From the IMG/VR virus record IMGVR_UViG_3300048549_001527: a DNA stretch of 64,000 nt; one strand, given 5' to 3'. Each line of letters opens with the position of its first letter. Positions within the stretch are counted from its first letter, which is position 1. Origin of the DNA: a virus (lineage: Duplodnaviria; Caudoviricetes). The position numbers were made by a program, and so were the translations under genes. This document shows, in pieces, positions 29,282 through 40,000 of the stretch. Below the pieces are notes generated by a model. It searched no databases and was not told the origin of the DNA. It worked only from the letters and a program-made list of their open reading frames with translations.

Positions 29282-30113
29282 TGCAGGTACGAATAACAGC
29301 GCATCAATGTCTCTACAAGACATCGAAGATGAGTTCGGTGGAGATGGCGGCGACATTGAATTAAGTTATTATTATCGCCAAGGGGCATACGTTCCTGAGG
29401 TTGCATGGAATTATCGCATCCCAGATCTTTATAACCAATTATCTGGCAACATTAAAGATCCCCCTACTCCTTTATCCCTTAATGCCTTTTACGGTGCTGT
29501 TTGGGGAACTTTTGTAAATTTTCAAATGGTTGGCGGTGGTGGCGGCGGCGGTGCTGGGTCTTCAAGCGGGCGTGGCTCTAATAACGTAGGTAATGGTGCT
29601 GCGGGAAACGCATCTAATCTTTCAATGGACACAGATTCAAATTTTGGTGGCACAGCTGCTGGTGGCGCTGGTGGTTTACACGGTGATTCAACAAATTATC
29701 AAGGTACAGCTGGCGGTGGTAGTGTTTTTGGAACTGGAGGAGGCGTAACTGCGCAAAACACTAACGGGGCTAACGGATCTGGTTTTGGTTCTGGCGGAGC
29801 CGGCGGAGGAGGCGATCAAGACAGTGGAAAAGGTGATAATCTTGGGTATGGCGGAACTGGCGGAACTGGCGGTACATTATTAGAAGGTGGATCACCAAAT
29901 CCACCGGATATCAATAATAACAGATACAAATATAATAGCGTCATTACCTTTGCTCGTGGAAACCAAGGAGGCGGCGGGTCAGGTAGCTTTTCCACCGGAG
30001 GCAATGGAACCAGAGGCCGTGTTGGGATAACTTATGATGGCGACACATTTTATTTTGATGGGAATGTTGACCATATTTTAGGTTCGTTGGCGACGCTAGA
30101 TGATGTCCCTTAA
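29256..30113 (+). CDS. Glycine-rich protein, putative fibre-tip adhesin (polyglycine II type)
   Basis: N-terminal LP..G...SMSLQDIEDEFGG...LS.YYR cap followed by many Gly-rich motifs (GGGGGGG, GGAGG, GGTGGTGG, GGNG..G.V). Overlaps the S74 gene by 26 nt. Confidence 0.7.
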   Translation: MVDWSTLPNAGTNNSASMSLQDIEDEFGGDGGDIELSYYYRQGAYVPEVAWNYRIPDLYNQLSGNIKDPPTPLSLNAFYGAVWGTFVNFQMVGGGGGGGAGSSSGRGSNNVGNGAAGNASNLSMDTDSNFGGTAAGGAGGLHGDSTNYQGTAGGGSVFGTGGGVTAQNTNGANGSGFGSGGAGGGGDQDSGKGDNLGYGGTGGTGGTLLEGGSPNPPDINNNRYKYNSVITFARGNQGGGGSGSFSTGGNGTRGRVGITYDGDTFYFDGNVDHILGSLATLDDVP

Positions 30114-30134
30114 ACATTATGGAGAATTTTTTTA

Positions 30135-30944
30135 ATGACATATTCAAGTAATTATTTAAGAAGATGGGTTGAAGATGTAGTTGGCGACACTACAACTATT
30201 ATTGCTGACGATGTTGAAGACGCATGCTATTTGTGTATTGTTAGAAAAACTAACGGTGTTGATAAAAAAACATGGGGCTATGTAACAGCTGGATCTAATG
30301 TGGATATGTTCCATAAATTTTTAACAGATAATGGTGTTACGTTAACAACCACTATTAGAAATTTTATTAATCAATGCGCGGCGCCAAGAGGTGCTAGGAT
30401 TGTTATTGATACAAAGACATTTGAAGGTGATAAAACTCAACTGTGCTGGGGTGTTACTTTTAGACGGCAAGAAGATATCTTTTTTTATGATAGGTGGAAT
30501 TACTCTCCACACATTACAGATGAAAATGTTCCATTGCGCGGTGGTATTAAATTCATATATGATTTAACACAAGATAAGTTTGTCACTCTTAAAGTTTATG
30601 AAGGGGCGGCAACCGACGGCGTTGAAAATCCAAATGTTATTTTTAGTATTGCTGACGATGATAGCTTAACGATTGTTGATGAGCAAATGTGTGGTCACTT
30701 GAGCCTAGAACACGATCTTGAGTCTATAACAGAAATTCCTACGCCTTACAATTCTCGTTTTGCAAATGAAATACCAATTGCAATTGCTTTAAGAGACGAG
30801 GCGAAAAATGCGAATGGTACAACATTAGCATTAAAATTAGCTGAAAGAGGTTCAAGAACGCAAGGATATTTTTATTCTGGGTTTTTAAGAAGGAAAATTC
30901 ACCCTGACGAAAACAAGCAACCACTTTTTCCTCCCTTATCATAA
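30135..30944 (+). CDS. Hypothetical protein (269 aa), no recognised motif
   Basis: ORF track; SD GGAGA upstream; globular composition. Confidence 0.75.
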   Translation: MTYSSNYLRRWVEDVVGDTTTIIADDVEDACYLCIVRKTNGVDKKTWGYVTAGSNVDMFHKFLTDNGVTLTTTIRNFINQCAAPRGARIVIDTKTFEGDKTQLCWGVTFRRQEDIFFYDRWNYSPHITDENVPLRGGIKFIYDLTQDKFVTLKVYEGAATDGVENPNVIFSIADDDSLTIVDEQMCGHLSLEHDLESITEIPTPYNSRFANEIPIAIALRDEAKNANGTTLALKLAERGSRTQGYFYSGFLRRKIHPDENKQPLFPPLS

Positions 30945-30982
30945 CAAAAAGGCTTTTCGGATAAATAGGTTCGAAGTACCTT

Positions 30983-30990
30983 TATAAATA
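30983..30990 (+). promoter_or_regulatory. T4-type late promoter upstream of the 3541-aa gene (second GATAAATA box at 30960-30967)
   Basis: Exact intergenic TATAAATA 30 nt before the ATG at 31020. Confidence 0.85.
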
Positions 30991-31019
30991 AAAATAAAAG
31001 AAAAGTAGGATAATCTCGA

Positions 31020-34000
31020 ATGTCAAAGATTTCAGAATTAGGTCCAATTACCGGCTCCAATACCAGAACTGAAGACCTTTTTGTTATTGTTAACTTAGTG
31101 CAAGGTGACGATGGTACAAAAAATATTACTCGTTACGAACTCGTAGAAGCAATCCAATATGAAGTGTTTACAAGGATAAACATTACAGGCGGCACGATTT
31201 CAGGTACTATTCAGACAAATAACGTCATGAATAACAATACCATGAACGACAACGAATTTAACGACGGTACGATTAACGATTCAACATTATTTGATGTTAC
31301 AATAATTGGTGCAACCGCCAATGCAATGATAATCACCGCGTCTGAATTTAATGATAGTACCGGTAATAACGACGTATTTACATATTCTACAATTGATAAT
31401 TCGCAAATCATAAACAGTACTGCAAATAACATAACTATGACTGCGTCTGCAATTACAGGTTCTGATTTCTCAGACGGAACTGGTAACAACAACGTCTTTA
31501 CTAACACAACAGTCGAAAACATTACTATTGAAGGTGGTACCGCAAACAATCTTACGATGACTGCCATCACTTTGGATAACGTTGTAATGACTGACGCGTT
31601 GATTTCAAACAGTGATATCCGCGATACAGATTTAGATAACGTTGTTATTACAAACTCAGAATATGCAAATGGTACAGTTTATGATACTGCAATATCTAAC
31701 TCGACCATTGAAAATTCAAATATGATAAACGGCACAGGCAGTAACATTGTCTTTACCGATCTTACAATTTCTAATTCTGCAATTTCAACATCAGACTTTA
31801 GTGATGGTACTGGTAATAATAACATCTTTACCAATACAACTGTTGACCAAAGTTTAATTCAAAACTCAGTGATTGCCAATACAACATTTGAAGGCGCGCT
31901 AAACGATGTTGATATTACTAATGCAAGAATTTCAAGTACAACAGCAGACGGTCTTGGCCAAATTAAGTCAACGATTGAAGACTCTATTGTTTCAAACTCA
32001 ACTATTGAAGATTCAGATCTTGTTGACTTTGATATGGATCTTCGTAAATTATGGCAACCTGAAATGGACGAAGACTCATACTTCGCCATTAAAAATGCTA
32101 AGACTGGTGAAACCGAACAAATTACTTATCGTCAATATTATGATGAAATTTCCAAGTCAACAGAAAACGCATTAAAAGTTTATGCTTCTGTAAGTGGTGA
32201 CGATAACAACCCAGGAACAATTTTACAGCCTGTAAGAAACCTTAAAAGAGCCGCAGACATTGCGCTTGAAAAGGCAGGTGGGAAATACGACCGTAACGAT
32301 ATTAACAACGCAGTTCACATTTCAGTTGGACCTGGTGTTTACTTTGTTGATGAACCAATTTCGCTTCCTGATGATTGTGCAATGACTGCCGAAGCTGGTC
32401 AGTACGCAACTATTATTCGTAAGAAGCCAGGTTGGGAAAGAACAAACGGTATTCAAGTTGGATCAGGTTGCTATGTTCAAGGTTTTGCATATATGAACTT
32501 TGAGGTTGACAACTTTGACTATCCTGAAGGCGGATTTGCTATTGCTTATCGCCCAGGTGCAAAACTCAGAAGATCTCCATACATTCGTGACTCCTCACAG
32601 TTGTCAAACTTTAATCGTCTTGACGTTGAACCACCTTTACAGCCGTTTAACTCAAAAGGTACTATTGCTGATCTCGGTCTTCAACTTATAATGGAGCCAG
32701 GACATAGTGCTGAAGCGCTGTTTGCTGAAGGCGACGAAGTTGAGTTTTCAAATGGAGCAACAGGGTTTGTTTCTTGGACGGACGATATCAATTCAGATCG
32801 CGAACTTTATGTTCGTAACATTAAACCTTGGGGTTCTGTTAAGGCTGGTATGACTTTTATGACACAGCAAGGTTCAACAGGAACAATCCAAACAGTTGGT
32901 ATTGATGACTTCCCTAACAGATTAGTTGGTCGCGGCGGCGGTTGTTTGTTGGCCGATAGAAGAGTAGTTGATCCTGACTCGTTATATATTTACGTTCTTT
33001 GTTTTGGCTTTACTCCTCGTACTCAAAATGGTATGGGTTATGTTGCTAGAGACGGTGCTGGTGTTAACGGAATTGGTTCATTGTCAATCTTTGTTCGTAC
33101 TGCGTTCTATGCATTAAACGGTGGCCAGATGACCTTGAACAACTCAGGTACTCAGTTTGGCGATATATCAATGCGCGCTAAAGGTACAACTAATGTTGTG
33201 CAACCATCTTCAACAAGTGCAACTCTAATTGGTAACACTGATTTTGCTCAAGCTATTGTTGATAATAAAGATGCAATCATTGAAGATATGGTAAGTTACT
33301 TAAATGCCAATACCGCAAACGGTGGTCTTGGTTATCAAGGATATGACTCAATGAAGTGTCGCAGAGACACAGGTATTATTATTGACAACGTAGGTTACGA
33401 TGTTGCTCTTGATACAAACTATTGGGGTCGCCTAAACGGAATTACATACCAGTCGCCAATATCATATGTGGTCGTTGGTGAACAGCTTACTGAAACTGCA
33501 GGCGCAATTGAGCATCTGCAAGGAGATATTAATTACGCGTTTAGAAATGCGGATGCAAGTGTTAACACTCGCGTTGACAGATCGCTTGATGAAACAATTA
33601 ACATTCTTAATAACGGTGTAGAAAATCAAAGTACTCTTATCTTTGCTGATACTGGAGTTGAGGCAAGAACAAATGCTCGTGAATTAATTCAAGATAACCG
33701 CGACCTTATCATCAAAGGAATGGTGGATTGGATTGATAATAACGATGAATTCTTTGCCTACGATAGCAATAAATGTCGTCGCGATATTCAAGAGTATATT
33801 TTGCCAGCAACAAAATGGGACATGGTTCTTGACACAAACTATAACTCAGTTACAGCAGGTAATGCATATTATTTTAAACAAGCAAAAGTTTCAATTGAAA
33901 ACCAAAGAGATGAAACCGTTGGATCGTTTAAATATTTAAGAGACATAACTGATACCTTAATTGATGGAAATACTGCGTTAGGTTCCACAAGACTTTACGA

Positions 34001-37000
34001 CAAGTTTAATCAAGTTATTGATATTCTTGATAATAAAGGTGATAAATTTACTCCAACAAATGCATCTTACGACGGCACAACTGGAGAGTTTGTAATTACA
34101 ATTGCGAACCACGGTTTGACTGTTGGGCGTTATATTACACTTATGGATAACAGCTTTAAATTTACTTGTGAAGCTGATGGAAACACGGTTGTTAAAATTC
34201 ATCCAACAAAAGCTGATCCGGCATATCGCGCTTTATTGCCAATTACTGCAGTAACTGCCAACACAATTACTGTTAACGTTGGCGACGGCGGTGGATATAA
34301 AGGTGCACATACATTCGTAAGTGCAGAAAAAAGTTCAGTATCTGTTCTAGGTACGTCAATCACATTCAGTGACGATGCCTCAATTTCAGAAGACAAGAGA
34401 AACGCTCGTAAGCTGCTACAAGCTAATAGAGAGTACATCCAAGACTATATGATGACTTGGGCTGAAAACGAATGGTATTTCTACGATAGCGATAAATGCC
34501 AACGCGACACAAGTGAGTATATCTTACCTGCAGTTAAGAGAGATATGATAACAGGTTCCACATACAATGCAATCCAAGCTGGTTTTGCATATCGTACTGG
34601 AACTGGCAAGTTTCTTATTGATAACCAACTGTCTGAAACTATCGGCGCGTTTTCTCACTTAAGAGATGAAGTGATGGAAGATCTTACAGATCCAGTTGCT
34701 GAAAAGCATGCAACTGACTCCTTTAATACTCTTATTGATATTATGCAAAACTCTGGTAGAAAATATACTATCACAGACGCAACATACGATCCAGTCACAG
34801 GTGTTCAAGTATTGACTCTCGGAGAGCATGACTTTGAAACTGGAGACGAATTCTTAATGGAAACAGGAGCAGTTACATTTAGCTGTGTTAACACCGCAAC
34901 TTCAGACACAGTTGAAATTGCTCATCCAAGAACCACGGATCCATGGCATAAAACACCAATTACAATTACAGGCATAACTGATACAACAATTACTGCAAAT
35001 GTTGGTGGAGCAGGTGGATACACCGGCGTTCATACGTTTGTAAGAGGATTGCTAAATGGTGTTCAAAAACAAGAACCGCTAAACAACGCATTTACTCCAA
35101 CTGACTCGTCATATGATCCAGTAACTGGTATTACAACGTTTGACTTTGGAGCAAGTCATGATTTCATAATTGGCGATACAATTATGATTGACCCAATGTC
35201 AGTAACATATAGTTGTGATAATGGAAATGGTGTTGAAGAGGCTACATATCCAAGACTTACAGATCCTGCTTATAATGTTGCATTAACAATTACTGCAGTA
35301 ACTGCCAACACGATAACAGTTAACACCGGTGACGGAAACGGTTACACAGGAGCTCATACATTCGTCGGCTCCAAACCAAATGCAATTAAGAAAGCATCGT
35401 TTTATACCGGTGCGTTTACTCCAATTGATGCAACTTACAGCGCAAACACTGGACAGCTTGATGTTAAAATCGGTCAACACAGTTTACCTGTTGGCAGATG
35501 GATTAAAATCAAAGGTGAAGGAATTACCTTTACTTGCGATCATGATAACAATTTAACTGAACATGCATATCCAAGAAGAACCGATCCAGCGTTTAAACAA
35601 ATTGTTAGAATTACAGATGTGTCTGACGAATGGATTACAGTTAACGTAGGAAACGGCGGAGCAGGTTATCAATACTCTGCAAACACAGCTCATACCTTTG
35701 TATCAGCCTTACCGCATGCAATTGATACAAATGTTTCATACTTTACTGACGCAGCTAAGATTACAGATTGGCTTACACCGACAACTGCAACATACGATCC
35801 TGTGACAGGCGATATGGTTGCAACAGTTCCTAACCACGGTTTAACAACAAATGATCATGTTGAAATGAAACCGCTTGGCATGACATTTAGTTGTGACCCA
35901 GGTACTGGCGGAGGCGTTGCAAACGATTCTAATCCAAGAATTGGCGAACCAAATTACGGTAAGCCACTTGCGGTAACAGCCGTCACAACAAATACATTTA
36001 CATTTAACGTTGGCAGTGCAGGTACATATACTGGTGCTCATACGTTTGTAAGTGCTGAAGCTGGCGCAATTATGAAAGTTAGCTCAACAACCGAAGGTAG
36101 AAACGCAGCGGATCAATTAAGAGCAAATAAAGTATTCTTACAAAATGAAATCGGCGCATACATGGAAGCCAATTACTTTATCTATAACAAAGATAAGTGC
36201 ATGAGAGATACAGGTTATATCCTAAATGCTGTCGCAAGAGATATCGCAACTGGATCAAACGTCAACTCAATTTATGTAGGACAAGGATATCGTATTGGTA
36301 CTGTAGGTGCTAACAACGTTATTAATAATCAGCTTACAGAAACTGTTGGCGCAATCACTTGGCTCAAAAATAAAATTGCAACTGAAGTCTTAACAGACGC
36401 AACTGCAATTGCTCGCTCTAACGCTGCATTTGATGATATCATTGATATTATGCAAAATGGTAACGCAAGTTCGGATCCAATTGATTTTGGTGTACAAGCA
36501 ACCGAGCTTGACGCATACCACGCAAGAGTTGCATTACAAACAAATAAACAGTTTATCCAAGAAGAAGTTATTGGTTGGCTCGCAACAAACTATCCTGGGT
36601 TTGTTTACGCATACGATGCTTGTAAGCGTGACTTAGGAGTATTCATTGATACCGTATCATATGATATTCAACACGGTGGTAACGCAGCTACAGTAAATAA
36701 CACAAGACTGTATTTTGAAAATGCAATGCCAGTTTTGGCTGATGACGAAATTGTTCCAACTTCAGAAGCATATAACTTTATCGCCAATTTGGTAGGTCAA
36801 GTTATTCGTGGCGAAAATGTTATCGAACTAACATCTAACACAGCTCAAGTATTGACAGCTGAAGCAGCATATACACCAACAGGTGCAACATACGATCCTG
36901 TAACTGGAATTATGGAAGTCACAATCGGTTCCCATACATTTGCCGAAGGTGACCGTCTTTCAATTGACCCAGCAGGAATTACATTTAGTTGTGCATTTAA

Positions 37001-40000
37001 CGGTGGCGGACAAGACTCTCATCCAAATGTAAATGATCCAAATTATAAAGGAACATTTATCGTAACTGCAAATACTGCAACTACTGTAACAGTGAATGCA
37101 GGTACAGCAGGAACAAATACAGATGCACATACATTCGTAAGCGCAACAACTGACGCGGTAAGAGCCGCAAATATGCCTGAAGCTTATACGCCAACTGATG
37201 TATTCTACGATCATATGACAGGTCGTATGACTATGACACTTGGAAACAGACATAGATTTGCTGCAGGCGATTGGTTAATCTTCGACGAAGGCGCAATTAC
37301 ATTGTCTTGTAAAGATGTAAACGGTATTACATTTAACCTAGCACACCCAAGACCAACAGACCCAGTGTGGAATACACCAGTATATATTGATGAAGTTACT
37401 GCCGACACTGTAACTTGTAACGTTGGCGCTGCTGGAGTTGATAAAGTACATACATTCGTAAGTGCTACTGTAAACGGTGTAAGAAGATCTATTAAACCTG
37501 CTGTTGCTAATCGTGCGGTTAAAATGTTTGAAGATATCGGTCAAACATTGCGTAACAATGATGGCGAAATGGTTGCAGTTACCGAGGCAATCTTTACACT
37601 GCCAGCAACATACGGCGTTGCATTAATTGCTGATGCTGATAAAGTTTGGGGAAATAAAGCAAAATACCAAACTGAAATTATTGACCATATTACTGAAGCA
37701 TATAACGGACTTGGTTACGATGTATCCAAATGTCCACGTGATGCAGGATATATTGTTGATGCGGTTGCAGAAGACATGGAATACGGTGGTAACGCCGCAA
37801 CAGCATGGGCTGCCGCTTACTATTTTGAGAACGCAATCAACGTCTTACCTCTATATCAAAGAGCCCCAACTAAGGCCGCGTTTGAACATCTAGCAAACGT
37901 TGTAGAGGCTATTATTCAAGAAACCACAGTCACCCCAACCACAGGAAATGTAACGGTACAAAACACTTCAGGGACTGCTGCTAGTGCTTCTACCGCATTA
38001 ACTGCTAAGAACCTTGTAAATGTTATTTCTTCAATAGCTGATGATAATTCGCCAGTTAATGTTCCTGCTGTAACCAATGCGCCATTAATGGAGCCAAGCA
38101 GAACATTTGCACGGAAAGCGTTACAGAAAAACCGCGAGTTTATTCAGGAAGAAGTTATCAACTTTATTGATGAACAATTCTTTACAATCAACGAAGGTAA
38201 GTGTGCAAGGGATGTTGGATTTATTGTTGACGCGGTTAAGAGAGATGTTCAAACCGGTTCTGACTATAACTCTAAGTACAATGGTAAAGCATATCGTGTA
38301 GGTAACCCACTTGCAGAAAAAGTAATTGAAGAACAGCTTGCGGAAACTATTGAGTCACTCAAATATGCTCAAAGAGATCTTGAAGCTCAATTGACAGGTA
38401 CAGCATTATCTCGTACTACTGCGGCGTTTAACAATGTTTACGACGCAATGACTAATGACTATACAGCGGATGGAACTAATTACGAATATGGTGACTCTTG
38501 GTATACATTAGGCTCAGTATCCACCGAGCAAGGTATGCAGTTTAACAGAACATTCCTTCAAGAAGAAGCAATTGCATGGATCACACAAGAGTATCCATCC
38601 TTGGTATACGATCAAGCAAAATGCCGTAGAGATACAGGGTTTATCGTTGATGCATTAACTTGGGACTTAATGAACGGTAGTAATACCGCAACTCGTAACG
38701 TTGCTAAACTATACTTTGAAAATGGCGTACAAGTTGGACTACCTGCTTCACAAAGAGCTGAAGCTGCAGCGTGGTACAATCAAATGGCAACTTTAGTTGA
38801 AGCAATCCTTCTTAAACAAACTGTAACACCAACAAGTGGTAATGCAGAAAATGTTTCACAATCATTTGGGACAGTGACTGTTGCAGTTGCGCAAGAAGCA
38901 GAAGACTTAGTTAAAATAATTGCTCGCGCTGTTGCAGAAAATACTTTAATCAATATGCCTGATGAAGTTGAGCCACGTGGTTTGACAGGAGCAGGCGCAG
39001 CTGGTTATATCGTTGACGTCGCAATCTTTGATACTCGTAAGCCAATTATTCAGGCAGGAGTTGTTAACTATCTCAAAGAAAACTTCAACTATCTTCAGTA
39101 CGACCAAGACAAATGTCGCCGCGATACTGGATTTATTATTGATGGTATTTCACATGATATTCAATACGGTGGTAACTCAGCAACAGTTGGTAATGCAGGT
39201 TTGTATTTTGCCAACGCGGTTTCAATCCTGCCAATGAAACAAAGAGATGCAACTAAACTTGCATTTGAACATATGGCTGAAGTGGTTCGAAGAGTTGTTA
39301 GAAACGAAGAAGTTGATATTAAAACAGGACAAGAATTTACTCCAACCAATGTTGTTTATGACGGTGTTGCCGGCACAATGGTAATTACTCTCGGTGCAGG
39401 ACATGATCTTAAGGTTGACGATTATATTTTGTTTGCCCCAGAAAGTATTGTGTTAGATTGCGGTGCTTCGGTTGAAATTGCTCATCCACGAGTTCAAGAT
39501 CCTGCATATCAAACTCCTTGGAGGATTTCAGCAAGAACTGCTACAACTATTACATTGTCTGACCTAAAAGCTAATTATGCTGGTGCTCATACATTTGTAA
39601 GAGCTTCACTCAATGCAATTTCTAAAGTTATCGGTAATACTGAAACCCAATGGAAATCGTATACGCCAGCAAGAAGATCTATTGCAAACGAAGCAAAAGC
39701 TCTCGCAGCAATGATTGCAGATATTTCAGATGATGCAACACCAGTTAACTTGCCTCAAATGATCCAACCAAAATTAGATTGGGTACCAGCAAGACTTGTT
39801 GCAGAAAAAGAACTAATTGAAAATAATACCGTTGAATTGTCCAAGGATATGATTAACTATATTTCAAAAACATACAATGGTATCAGTTATGCTAAGGAAA
39901 AATGTCGTAGAGATGTTGGAGGTCTTGTTGATGCAATTTCACACGATGTTCAATACGCAACAAACTATGCAACAATAAGATCCTCAGAATTGTACTTCGT

